From Amoebidium appalachense (Eukaryota > Protista > Ichthyosporea): DNA of 64,000 nt. Positions 1 through 11,630 of this stretch are shown here, piece after piece. Each line of letters begins with the position of its first letter. Position 1 is the first letter of the stretch. The stretch spans positions 3,609,617-3,673,616 of the forward strand of contig CAVNZM010000012.1 of NCBI GenBank assembly GCA_963693365.1. The letters run 5' to 3'. The notes below the pieces were generated by a model. The model had not been told where the DNA came from. It searched no databases and was given only the letters and a program-made list of their open reading frames with translations. The translations under genes and the position numbers were made by a program.

Positions 1-1370
1 GTTGTCGTCGGATGCAGACTTGTCGTAGTGGAGGCCGAGGTTGGATGTGCCGATGAGGTACCGAACAACACGGAGCAGACATTCCCATGCAAGTTTGGTG
101 GGGTTGGCACTGAATCTGCCGAGGTAGCCGATGGCAAAGGAGATGTCGGGCCGGGAACAACGAGCAACCCACAAAAGACGGCCGAGGAGTTCACGGGATG
201 GAACCTTGATGGGTAGTGAGTCGTTCTCGTTGATGGTGATGACGGTGCCGACGGGAATGGAAGTGGCCTTGGGGTTGGCATCGTTGAGGTTGAAGTCTTT
301 GACGATGTCGTTGATGTAGGACTGTTGAAGCAGCTTGAGGTGACCGGGGGTGTGGTGAGCTGGGTGCCGAGGAAGATGTGGGGGAGGTCGACCTTGCAGA
401 GAGCTGACTTCATGATGTGGTCTACTAGGTCCTGGGTGTGGGAGGAGTTGGCCGTGCAGATGATGATGACGTCGTCCACATAGTTGCCAGTGAGGATGAT
501 GTCACCGTTGGGGAAGGACTTGATGTAGACACAGGGATCTGAACGGAGACGTTCGAGACCGTGAGCAAGGAGGACCTTGTCGAAGTACTCATACCAGGCC
601 AGTGATGCCTGTATGAGGCCGTAGAGTGCCTTCTTGAGTTTCCGGACCTTGTGCTCGTTGCCGGGGGTGATGAAGCCAGGTGGTTGCTCAATGTAGATGT
701 CTTCTTTGAGAGGACTGTTGAGGAAAGCCGTGGAGACGTCGAGTTGATGAATCTCATGGTTGCCGTCCACACCGATGGCAAGGAGGGCACGGACGGAGGA
801 GGACATCACTACGGGGGAAGAGGTGTCACCGTAGTCAACACCGTAGACTTGAGTGAAGCCCTTTGCAACACCACGAGCCTTGATCTTGGTGTCACCGGCT
901 GAGTTGAGGACTTTCTCAGTCACAATCCACTTGAACTTGATGATGTTGGCATCAGGGGGGGATCAACGACGTCGAATACATCCTTGGTGATGAAGGCTTG
1001 GTACTCGGAGGTGAGGGCAGCTATGACGGCATCACCATTGGGACCGTTGCAAAGCTTTTGTATGCCCTTGGGTAGTTGGTCAATGTTGATGGTCGGGGCT
1101 GTGATGCTGACCAGTGCCGTTGATGGCTTGGTGAGACGTGCAGACCGACGAAGGTTCGGCTTGGGGGGGTCCTTGAGGGGGGTGGAGGTCGGGGAGGTGT
1201 TGTAGGCCGGGACAGGAGCATGGAAGCCAGGAATGGGACCTGTGTTGAGGGGGGCATCGGTGTCCACAGGGCTGCTCGAGGCCGAGTGGAAGGTTGGGGA
1301 CCCAGGACGAACCGGGGTCATGTAGCCGGGTTGATGTACACCAAATGGGGGTGCCGGCAGCAAAGGTTGA
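1..1370 (-). pseudogene. Copia reverse transcriptase region, frameshifted
   Basis: RT motifs are spread over several frames: GNYVDDVII near 470-490, LKKALYGLIQ near 610-635, KARGVAKGF near 860-885. There is a frameshift in the G-run near 955-961. Confidence 0.9.
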
Positions 1371-1449
1371 TGTTGGAAGATGGTATCGTTATCCAGTCCG
1401 ATCGCATGAATCAGATCATGATCGGCTGGTGGCCTGCGAGATCTTAACC

Positions 1450-1522
1450 GATCTCGTAGCTCAGTTGGTAGAGCACTCGACCGGAGATAGAGGGGTCGCG
1501 GGTTCAAATCCCGTCGGGATCA
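1450..1522 (+). tRNA. tRNA-like gene in TRIM 5' LTR (anticodon position GGA, probably not a translating tRNA)
   Basis: 73-nt cloverleaf: acceptor GATCTCG/CGGGATC, D arm GCTC-AGTTGGTA-GAGC, T arm GCGGG-TTCAAAT-CCCGT. A and B boxes are intact and TTTTT follows. It has C33 and a G-A mismatch in the anticodon stem. Confidence 0.8.
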
Positions 1523-1819
1523 TCTTTTTCTCATCCTCTTCTCGCTGGGGTAAAAGCCAGCACGCCTTTACTGGCGTCATCACAACCATCGGCAGTGGTT
1601 AGGTTGTGATCTCAAGGCTAGCAAGATCGCTAGTCTCTGCACCAGGACAAAATCCAAAATGGTAGCATGAACAGAGGTTCAGTGGGGACTAAGGGGGCAG
1701 TCCACCCTAACCTGATTCTGCGATTCGTCCTGAGTGGGGATGTTGGAAGATGGTATCGTTATCCAGTCCGATCGCATGAATCAGATCATGATTGGCTGGT
1801 GGCCTGCGAGATCTTAACC

Positions 1820-1892
1820 GATCTCGTAGCTCAGTTGGTAGAGCACTCGACCGGAGATAGAGGGGTCGCGGGTTCAAATCCCGTCGGGATCA
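1820..1892 (+). tRNA. Identical tRNA-like gene in TRIM 3' LTR
   Basis: Same sequence as 1450-1522. Confidence 0.8.
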
Positions 1893-1960
1893 TCTTTTTC
1901 TCATCCTCTTCTCGCTGGGGTAAAAGCCAGCACGCCTTTACTGGCGTCATCACAACCATC

Positions 1961-2890
1961 TGTTGTAATACGTTATATTTACATATGGTAAGATCTTCTC
2001 AGTTTGTGTTATGTTTCAGTTCATATGCTTAGTGTAAATGCCACACTCCTATTATGTAAAGTGTAGCATCGATCTCCGATATGCTTGTATACTTGTAATC
2101 GTGTGGTATCGGCTTTAATCGTGTGTTGTAATATCGATTAGAATATTTATATGTGTGTACACGGATCCACCCACTCAGGGAGAGACGTGTACATGTTCGT
2201 GTGTACATAAATATCTCTGGTTATAGTTATGCTATTACTATCTTGTTTGTTGATCTGTGCTCTCTTTTCCTTTCTCTTTCTCCTTCCTTATTTTCTTTTC
2301 TTTCTCTCCTTGTCTTCATGATGTGTATAATCGTATTTCTTTTCTACTAATATATGTTAGGTAGATTTGTGTTACTTAATACGTGTTCATTGGACGGTAA
2401 CACACTTAGGCTACACTTAGAATAGCATGTGTGTTTAGACTTCATTAATTCACTTTAGTTTTCATGTGTTGCCGGGCTTTAACCAATCATCAAGGTTAAG
2501 TGTGATATGTCTGAGTCTTTGCAGTATGTCATAGGTTAGAACTTCCTTAATGATGACACGAGTTGATCTTAACTAGTGTCTGTGTCCTATCGTGTACGTC
2601 TCCGCGTACCGGATCTCTCTGAAAGCAATTGGTTCTTAGTGATTGGTTTCTATTAGAGATAGATCTGATTTCCGACTGGTCGGAAATCATGTATGGATTG
2701 GACTTAGAGGAATTTCAGGTATTTATTCGAAGATCAGAATAAATTCAGTTCAGTCGTGTCTAAACATTGATGTCTGTTGTGTACACTGCTCCGATCGTTC
2801 CGTGTTTTGTTGTTGTGTGTGTCTGTGGTGTTTTCACACTGCACCACTGTGTCTCTCTGCTTTCATCCCAAATACTTATACAATTTAACA
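1961..2890. mobile_element. Solo LTR (930 bp) inserted in the TRIM 3' LTR
   Basis: TGTTG...TAACA termini, perfect 5-bp TSD CCATC (1956-1960, 2891-2895), AT-rich and non-coding. Confidence 0.88.
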
Positions 2891-2964
2891 CCATCGGCAG
2901 TGGTTAGGTTGTGATCTCAAGGCTAGCAAGATCGCTAGTCTCTGCACCAGGACAAAATCCAAAA

Positions 2965-4246
2965 GTTGTTGGCCGGTGGGGGGTGGGCTCGGGGGAGGAA
3001 CTGGTTCGACTGGGGCTGGGTGCTTGTGCCAGGACGGTTGGGTGATGACCACCGACGGAATTTCATCGTCGTCGTCGGAGGGGGGGTCCATTGTCGGCAG
3101 ATCGGTTTTGGGGGGATCGGGGACCTGATTGGTGCTGCTCGTGAATTTTGACTCGTCAAAGATCACGTCACGGCAGATCTTGACTTGGTTGCTGGCATGG
3201 TCGAGGATCTTGTGTGCCTTCGAGTGCATATCCCAGCCGACGTAGGTGCCGACTCTGACGGTTGATGCAAGCTTGTTCCTCTTGGATCAGGGAACATGGA
3301 CATAGGCAGGGGAGCCGAACACGTGGAGCTGGGAGACGTCGGGTTTGAAGCCGTGGAAGGCCTCGAAGGGGGTGTTGCCGTTGGCAGCAGATGACGGTGT
3401 GACGTTGATGATGTAGCCAGCATGCTTGAGAGCAGCAACCCACAACTTGGGAGAGAGAGGTAACCGTTTGTCCTTGTCGGCATGGAGGAAGCAACGGACT
3501 GTCTCTTGGAGGTCTCTCATCTTCCGTTCAACGACACCGTTGTGCTGTGGTGTGTCGACGGGGGCAAACTCCATGATGATGCCTTTCTGCTTGCAGTAGG
3601 CTTCGGTGTCCCTTGATGTGAACTCGGAGCCGGAGTCAAACCGAAGATGGGTGACGATCTCAGGAGTCTGACGTTCGACTGTTTCAACGAGAGACTGGAT
3701 GTAGCTGAGGGTTTCAGCACGGTTGTAGAGGGGGAACACGGTGGTGTAACCGGTGGCATCACAAACACACACGAGAGCAACCTTGTAGCCGCCGTAGGAA
3801 GCACAGGGAGCTTCGAAGAAGTCCAGGTTCCACTTAGCGCCGGGGATGGTGAAACGGGAACGGGTGCCCGGAATCGGAGCCTTGGTGGTCTTGCCAGACA
3901 TGCAGCCGAAGCAGTCACTGTTGTCGGTTGACTTGAGGGAGGGGGGCATGCCGATGACAAGCTCATCCTTGGCCATTCTGGTGACGGTGGATAGGGCTCG
4001 GTGGCCAAGACGGTTGTGCCAAAGGGTAAGGTCGTCGTTCTGTTGAGTCCTTGCTGTGTAGGCTTGGACCCACGGATGTTGAGGAGTCTCAATCACGTAG
4101 TCAGTGATGTAGTAGAGCCCGTTGAGGGGGGTGAGGTCGGAAATAATGTCACCGTTACGGCTGTAGAGGAACGACGGATGGATGTCTGCATCGTCACAAT
4201 GACCAAGGAGGCCGGCAGTGGAGGCCATGGAGGCAGACACGAGGAA
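2965..4246 (-). pseudogene. Copia pre-integrase and integrase region
   Basis: ORF 3287-4267: HHCC (LWHNRLGH..CFGC), LDFF, FDSGSEF, NGVVER, TPFEAFHG, FGSPAYVHVP. It then hits a stop/frameshift before the CRDVIFDE motif. Confidence 0.93.
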
Positions 4247-4985
4247 TGTCATCTTCACTTGATTCACGGCAAGACTTAGAAGTTGAGTTTTGTATTTGTT
4301 TATTAGTTTGTTGTAGTTTGTTTCCTTTTCCTTTCTTCCTTTCTTTCTTTTCCTTCTGTTTCCGTGTACACCGATATCTTAGATCTGTGTACGTATCGAC
4401 ATACTTAGCTCGCGCACACGTATTGTCGTTTGTGTCAAAATCTATATATGTCATCCAATCAAATCTTGTTTGTATTTTCCCAAATATAGTAACTTACATT
4501 CCTTTCTCATTCCTTTCTCACGACGTAGCATTGTGCTATGTTCTCCAACTATTAGGAATAATTATATTTAGACGTGTTATGATAAGAACATGTATAAATG
4601 TATGTTGTGAACTAATAGTTACATAAGTGGTTTCATTTTGTTAAATGTTTCCGTGCTTTTATCAGAAGTTTCTTTCATTAGAGGATTGAGTTTTATATTC
4701 TATGTGTCGACAGACATTTCGATCGATATATTTTACACTCATAGTTTTCGTCTTTCTGATTGGAAAATAGAGTTTTCGTTCTTTTGATTGGTTTATCGTT
4801 TTCACATTCCCAAGTATAAAAGGGACTTCATCTTGGAATAAATATCAAGCAGTCGTATTCATTTCCTATGGTTCCAGAAATCGTTCCACCTCTCCGGTTG
4901 TGTTTCTCCCGTGTGTCTCTGTGTTGTGTATAACATAACACCCATCTGTGCTCTCTGCTTCCCCGTTTACCCACACAAAATAACA
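4247..4985 (+). mobile_element. Solo LTR related to the host copia LTR, inserted antisense at the protease end
   Basis: TGTCATCT...ATAACA, an inverted homolog of 5618-6413. TSD AGGAA (4242-4246, 4986-4990). Removal restores YVPESLSFLVSAS. Confidence 0.92.
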
Positions 4986-5572
4986 AGGAAGGACAGTGAC
5001 TCGGGTACGTAGAGGGCGTTGATGCTGCACTTGGTTGAGTTGCCGTTGTAGTGCAGGGTCATGTTGATGATGCCACGGTGTGTGGCATTGACGGTGCCCA
5101 GGCCTTGAATGGGGATGGGGGTACACGGGGTAAGGGTGGAGAAATACTCCTTGATGGGGCAGATGTGTGCATTGCAGGCGCTGTCCCAGACGGGGTCGTC
5201 ACGGTGTGGTGTGCCGGTGGAGGAGATGAGTGCAAATTGCACACTCTTGTTGCCTTTCTCCTGTTTGGCACGACGAGCAACAGCACAGCCAGGTTCTGGG
5301 CAAGATGTGATGTGGTGGGGTTCATGGCAATAGGAACACTCCACTCTCTTGTTGTTGTGCTGTCGGTTACGGTTTTCCCTGTTACCACGGGGGTAAGGGG
5401 AAGTTGAACGGGGGCCGGATGACTTGGAAGACTGACGATGATCACGGGAACGGGACGGGGAGCGGTGAGGTGTACTCTCACGGCGAGGGATACGGTTACG
5501 GAGGTCACCGGGCGGGAGCATCCTGCTCTGAAGTGCTCGAAGAGGACGGATGTACGACGGTTTGTCAGTCAT
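4986..5572 (-). CDS. Copia short gag (Arg/Ser-rich + Zn knuckle) and aspartic protease
   Basis: ATG at 5572 (MTDKPSY...), CSYCHEPHHITSC knuckle, WDSACNAHIC protease motif, NALYVPE. Confidence 0.85.
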
Positions 5573-5578
5573 GGTTGA

Positions 5579-5617
5579 AGCAGAGTTGCGCAGTGGAAGC
5601 GTGCTGGGCCCATAACC
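5579..5617 (-). promoter_or_regulatory. Primer-binding site complementary to the 5' 39 nt of initiator tRNA-Met
   Basis: The plus strand reads AGCAGAGTTGCGCAGTGGAAGCGTGCTGGGCCCATAACC, matching tRNA-iMet nt 1-39 and abutting the LTR end. Confidence 0.93.
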
Positions 5618-6413
5618 TGTTATTTTGTGTGGGTAAACGGAGAAGCAGAGAGCACAGATGGGTGTTATGTTATGCACAACACAGAGACACACGGGAGAAA
5701 CACAACCGGAGAGGTGGAACGATTTCTGGGACCATAGGAAATGAATTCAACTGCTTGATATTTATTTCAAGATGAAGTTCCTTTTATACTCAGGAATGTG
5801 AAATCGATAATAAATGCTAAGCCAATCAAAAGAACGAAAACTCTTTTATCCAATCAGAAAGACGAAAACTATGAGGGTAAAATAAATCGATCGAAATGCC
5901 TGTCGACACATAGAAGATAAAACGCAATCTTCTAATGAAAGTAATCTTCTAATGAAAGTACGGAAACATTTAACAAAATGAAACCACTTATGTATCTATT
6001 AGTTCACATCATATATTTATACATGTTCTTAACATAACACGTCTAAATATAAGTATTCCTAATAGTTGAGGAACATAGAACAATGCTACGTCGTGGGAAA
6101 AGAAGGAAAAGGAATGAGGATAGAAAGGAATGGAATGGGAAAGGAATCGAATAGAATTAATGAGGAATCTAGTTTACTATATTTGGGAAAATATAACGAG
6201 ATCTGATTGGACAACTTATTTAGACATTGACGCAAACAACAATACGTGTGCGCGGGCTAAATAGCTCGATGTGTACACAGATCTAAGATATCTGTGCACA
6301 CGGAAACAGAAAGGAAAGAAAGGAAAAGGGAAAAGGAAACGAACAACAACAAACTAATAAACAAATGTAAAACTCAACTTCTAAGTCTTGCCGTTAATCA
6401 TGGGTAGATGACA
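5618..6413 (-). repeat. 5' LTR of the copia element (796 bp)
   Basis: TGTCATCT...ATAACA on the minus strand, directly followed by the PBS, and homologous to 4247-4985. Confidence 0.92.
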
Positions 6414-6414
6414 G

Positions 6415-8352
6415 TATGTGCTCGATTTGAAAACAAACACGTGGGGGGTGGTTGGGGAAGGTTCTGGAACCGGTCCGGCGGCGCGGTGGGGGGCAGCAAT
6501 GGCGGTGGCGGCTACAGGCACGATTGCCTTATATGGCGGTGTGTCCGGAAATGGGCGAGTGTTGGATGATTGGTGGGTGTTTGTGCGGCCGTTGGAGATG
6601 TGGGTGAAAATGGACTTAGACACGTCCAACAGTGCACCTGTTCCCCCCCCACTTCACGGTGCATCGTTGGGGTGGTTGGGGGGGAAATATTTCGTTCTAG
6701 TGGGTGGATTTGCCCCGGCCGGCGCCACACACACGACATGCCAGGTGGAGTTGGATACCCCAAATTCCATCGTACGTTGTACCGTACCTCGCCTGCGCGG
6801 CGACGGGCCAACACAGAGGGGATATGCGGCGCTGTGTGTCTGGGATCATGGCACGTTTTCGGTGCACGGCGGCATGACTCCATCGCTGATCGGGCCGGAA
6901 TATCGTTCGGATTGCTTCGTTTTTACGACCACAAGCACCCCACGGCCCCCACGCCAACGGCCGCTCGATTGCAAAAGGGGGGATCCAGGACACCCACAGA
7001 GGTATTGGGATGAGACGGCAACCAATCAAACGTGGGTTTATACCGCCGATTGTCTTCCGTGCCCCCCTGCGTTAACTTCCAGCAACGACTTCACCATCAT
7101 GCAGTCGTTTGTCGCACGTGTGGCCTCCGATGTAACCAATCATAAGGAGGTGCGGATCACACCGGAAGAAATGTTAAAGGTGGGGAGGCGGCACATTTTG
7201 GGAAGTCTAATGACACAGGCGAAAGGCATTCTGGATTCTCTGCGCAAGTACCAAGGTCCCATAGTGCTTGAAAGTGCCCCACCCGCGGAAGTGGCAATGT
7301 TGGCTGCGATGACAGGAGGAGGCTTTGGGGGGATGCGCGATGTGATTTTTCGTAAGTTTCTTCTCAAGGAATATGAACCTGACGACATCCCGGATTTACG
7401 CCGACGCGTCTGTGCTGACGCCTACTCGACCATTCTGGCTCCCACTTTATTCGACCAACTCTCTGGAAAGGGAAAGAAGAAAGACAGGGATTTTTTACGC
7501 ACACGAGTGGATTGGGAGCGGGAGTTGTCGAGCGCTGTCGTATTCGGAAACAACGCAGCACGAGTGGTGCTAAAAGAAAGCGACGAGAGCGAACGATCGG
7601 CAAAGTTGCGTGTGTGGGCGGAGGGTTTTGCAGAGCACTTTGCGGAAGCACCAAACATGGACATTCTCGTGGAGGGTGAAGGGTTGCCCTATGACCGTCT
7701 TATTATGCGCATGGTGGTGTTCGAGAATGTAATCGAAGTTGTAGTTTCGAATGCTGTAAATCCTATTCCCAGCCGGTCCGAACTCCTCGGTTTCCTCACC
7801 GGCCCACCTGACCAATCACCTTACCGTGTTCGCCTTGGGGGCACGTTAACCTTGCACGAAACCGGAGACATAAACAGCATCATCAATGCCAGAGGTAATT
7901 CTGGTGGCACGACAAACACAACGGAAACTGCCGTGCGAATCGGAGAGGGCCAAGGAAAATCGAATTCGAGAGAAAAGACGGAAATAGACCTGAATGATTC
8001 GATACCGGAAAATCAGTGTTGGGGGTGCACGAAGGAGGGCAAGTTATTTTTTTGCCGCGGGTGCATGACGGCTAAGTATTGCGGAAGGGAGTGCCAGAAG
8101 AAGAGTTGGGCAGGACACAAGAAGATGTCTCGGTCGTTGGGTGACAGGAGAGACTTATCGGACAGGACGATTATGATGAAGGGACAAAAGGAGGTCACAA
8201 TAAGGAGGAAGGGGAATGGGACAGATGAGAGTGATTACAATTATCTCGAAGCTATTTTTTTTTTTTTCCCTGGGCTTCTTCGCATTCTTGAGGTTTATTA
8301 TTTTGTTTGTTGTGATCTTTCACCTTCTCTCAAGACTCCGTTTCGGGCCTAA
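6415..8352 (+). CDS. Kelch-repeat + MYND zinc-finger protein, 5'-interrupted by the copia LTR (possible pseudogene)
   Basis: Kelch GG/W repeats (ALYGG..LDDWW, VLVGG, SVHGG..SDCF) and MYND CWGC..CRGC..YCGRECQKKSW..H. The frame begins mid-repeat at the LTR edge, and the last MYND Cys reads Ser. Confidence 0.8.
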   Translation, partial: YVLDLKTNTWGVVGEGSGTGPAARWGAAMAVAATGTIALYGGVSGNGRVLDDWWVFVRPLEMWVKMDLDTSNSAPVPPPLHGASLGWLGGKYFVLVGGFAPAGATHTTCQVELDTPNSIVRCTVPRLRGDGPTQRGYAALCVWDHGTFSVHGGMTPSLIGPEYRSDCFVFTTTSTPRPPRQRPLDCKRGDPGHPQRYWDETATNQTWVYTADCLPCPPALTSSNDFTIMQSFVARVASDVTNHKEVRITPEEMLKVGRRHILGSLMTQAKGILDSLRKYQGPIVLESAPPAEVAMLAAMTGGGFGGMRDVIFRKFLLKEYEPDDIPDLRRRVCADAYSTILAPTLFDQLSGKGKKKDRDFLRTRVDWERELSSAVVFGNNAARVVLKESDESERSAKLRVWAEGFAEHFAEAPNMDILVEGEGLPYDRLIMRMVVFENVIEVVVSNAVNPIPSRSELLGFLTGPPDQSPYRVRLGGTLTLHETGDINSIINARGNSGGTTNTTETAVRIGEGQGKSNSREKTEIDLNDSIPENQCWGCTKEGKLFFCRGCMTAKYCGRECQKKSWAGHKKMSRSLGDRRDLSDRTIMMKGQKEVTIRRKGNGTDESDYNYLEAIFFFFPGLLRILEVYYFVCCDLSPSLKTPFRA

Positions 8353-8489
8353 CAGTGTCTCGGCCATCTTCTCTTCACAATGCATGCAAGGTTGCATGCC
8401 CCCAGCTATTCCATATTCATATGAGCCACACTAGGCCTTAGGCACGCACAAACAACGTACGTACCTAGAATACTTCACGGCATAAGCTC

Positions 8490-8933
<444 letters not shown>

Positions 8934-9211
8934 ATGGTCGGGGCACGGCTGTTTGAGTGATTGAGGAGCTCGAGGGGTTTGTGGCACTAATATAGTAGGG
9001 TCGTATACGGCACCAAAATTGTAAGGATGATGATCTGTTTTTCCCTTTTCTCTTTCTTTCTTAGTGTGTGTTGATTAAATTAAGATTTGTTTTTTAGTGT
9101 TTCTTGGTCCACTTTCTTTAAATTCGCTTTTTTTTTTTTCTTGTTCCCCCTAGGGCTGACTCAATCCTGAGCTTTTTCCGGATTCTTTCAGTCGTTTCTT
9201 CCTTTCCTCGG

Positions 9212-9243
<32 letters not shown>

Positions 9244-9538
9244 TTGGGGGGGGGGGGGGGGGGGGGGGGAGGGGGGGGATGCTCGGTCACACACCTCTGC
9301 CATTATAATTACGTATACACATTGGGGTTGGATGTACATAATATTATTGGATATCTTCTACACAAGGTGGCCATATACCTTTTTATAAAACCTTAAAAAA
9401 AAAGTAGGAATATCAAGGGTTATGTATGCTAAATTTACATTGATAAATTATTGATCGGAAGGGCTTGCATTTGCATGCTGAGTTCCCTCAGGCTAGGGTA
9501 GAAAGGGGAAGGGGTTACGGCTGTAACCAGGGAATAAC

Positions 9539-11138
9539 ATATGTTGGCTTTATTGATTGGAAAACTGCTTACGATTCTGTCTCCCCTGGTCTCCTATGGG
9601 AAAAGCTTGCTGCACGGGGTGTACCACACTGCATTGGTGTTCTGTTAGAAGCACTCTTGTCTCAAACCTATGGTAGAGCTGTGGTTAAGGGGCATCTTTC
9701 ATATGGTTTTGCTCGTACTAGAGGTCTCTTGCAGGGTTCATTGCTTAGCCCCTTTTTGTTTAACCTATTTATAGATGATTTGGCTGTCAAGATTTACGCC
9801 GAAAACGATGACCCTATTAATAACTTTCCGCCTGCACTTCTCTATGCTGATGATCTGTCCCTCCTTGCCCGTACCCCTAGACGCCTGCAAAGATTGTTCG
9901 ATGTAGTGTCAGAGTGGTGCAAGGCAAACCTTATGACCCTTAACATAGACAAATGTGGTGTTCTTGTACCTGATATAGCTAACAATTTACACACATTTAC
10001 ATTATCATCTAAACCTGTACCTATAGTTCCAGAATACAAATATCTTGGTGTTCCGGTTGATTCTGTTGGTGTTATGTTTCCCCATATGGTCGAAAAGAGG
10101 GTAGAGTTGGCTCGTAAGCGGTTAGCTTTCTTCTCGGCTAATATTTTTAAAGACACACCCCTCCATCCTTCTATTAGACTTACATTTATTCGCACTTTTG
10201 TCTTCCCGGCATGTGAATATGGTTTACCCCTTCTCGCCGCTTGGATCAAGAAAGAGAGAACTAGAGCGCTTAAACCCCTGGCAAATTTCCTTGAAGCAGA
10301 AGTTGCCTCCTTTCTGTCTAACAACTGTTGTAAACCTGGGCCTGTAACGCTCTCGATATATGGTCTGGTCCCAATAGCTGCTAGAGTATCCTATCTCGCG
10401 CTGAAATTCAATAAGCACATAAGCCGCTTAAAGAAGTATTTGCCCTCCCACCCTCTCTTCTCTATCCGACCTGTCCCCTCCTCACCTCTCCCCTCTTTCC
10501 TCCCCTCTCTCTCCCCTTCTCCCCTGGGCACAAATACAAATAAACCCCGCAATAGTGTGTGTGTGACTTTGGACTGCCACTTACTTATTAAACATGTACA
10601 CAATCACAAGATAATCACGCAATATAACAAATGGAAAAAGATACCACACGACACTAGACCCGATGAAAGCATACACCTTGAAAAACTAAGCCTTATGTCT
10701 CGTTTTATATATACTGACCGCCTCAACCATATTGCCAAATATGGCACTCGCAAGTGTATAACACCTAAATACATATTACCTTCCTGTAGAACTGGTCTTT
10801 CTCTAGCTGATGGTATTATTGATCAATTACCACGCTTTTACTGTACACGTGCTATACAGTGGAGATCTAATAAGTATAAGGTGGCATCATTTGCATGCCC
10901 AAACAACACACACACACACCAGTTTAACCGGTCATGTATCGCCAAATGTAGTTTGATAGACCACATAATACCGCAACACACACACGTCACATTCACAACA
11001 GACACCCAGAAAGATAGCCTACCTGTAAATTACAACATCCTTGATTTTATACTAAACACGCGTAACTACGACCTGTTTATTAGATGTATTGATTGGCTTG
11101 AGAAACACATCACTACAAAATTATAGCGCACACACACA

Positions 11139-11207
<69 letters not shown>

Positions 11208-11467
11208 CCAGCTGATACCGAGTGTCCCGAGGGGAGCCCCTTTACAAAAAAAAAAAAAAAAAAAAAAAAAAAAACGGGGAACCCCAACTAATTGATTTCT
11301 CCTTGTAGTTTTTATGGTGTCTCGTAGAGAAAGTAAACCCTGATATATAGTCACCACCCGACATCTATGTACGTGATCATGATATACCGCTGAGGGGATA
11401 TTCCGAGCAAAACCCCCCCCATACCTGAGACTGGTTCTCTTTGCCTCGAGTAAACAGCGTAAACCCC
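9539..11467 (+). mobile_element. 5'-truncated non-LTR retrotransposon (LINE), copy 1
   Basis: RT motifs FIDWKTAYDSV, QGSLLSP, YADD, YKYLGV. Near-identical to 40596-42540 including the 3' UTR. Confidence 0.95.
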
Positions 11468-11593
11468 AGGATGACATCTGTGCATGGTCACGTGATTCAT
11501 GGTCGTGTGGTTGTTGTGTGTGTGTGTGTGTGTGTACACGTGTGTGTGTGTGCGCGCGCGCGTGCGTGTGTGGTGTGTGTGTGTGTGTGTGTG

Positions 11594-11630
<37 letters not shown>

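Larger units (their letters stand above)
1371..2964 (+). mobile_element. TRIM (non-autonomous LTR element) with a tRNA-like gene in each LTR
   Basis: 289-bp LTRs TGTTGG...CCAAAA at 1371-1659 and at 1741-1960 + 2896-2964. The 81-bp interior starts TGGTAGCA (PBS) and ends GAGTGGGGA (PPT). Flanks are GTTGA/GTTGT, and removing the element restores the copia frame (GQQPLL). Confidence 0.92.
1..6413 (-). mobile_element. Ty1/copia LTR retrotransposon, decayed and interrupted by nested insertions; 3' end lies outside the window
   Basis: Minus-strand order is LTR, PBS, Zn knuckle, protease (WDSACNAH), integrase (WHNRLGH..CFGC, rve core), RT (KARGVAKGFTQVYGVDY, YVDD, VRYLIGT). PR-IN-RT order is diagnostic of copia. 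Frameshifts and stops are present. Confidence 0.95.

Noticed and set aside
1450-1892. Functional tRNA-Ser(GGA) pair or recoding tRNA
   Set aside because: No long variable arm, C33, a mismatched anticodon stem, and embedded in LTRs.
5579-5617. Free-standing tRNA-iMet gene
   Set aside because: Only the 5' half is present and it abuts the LTR, so it is a PBS.
4247-6413. Long TIRs of a DNA transposon or DIRS element
   Set aside because: Explained by a solo LTR with its own TSD inserted opposite to the host LTR.
9465-9538. N-terminus of the 553-aa RT ORF
   Set aside because: It lies outside the LINE homology, so it is fortuitous read-in from the flank.
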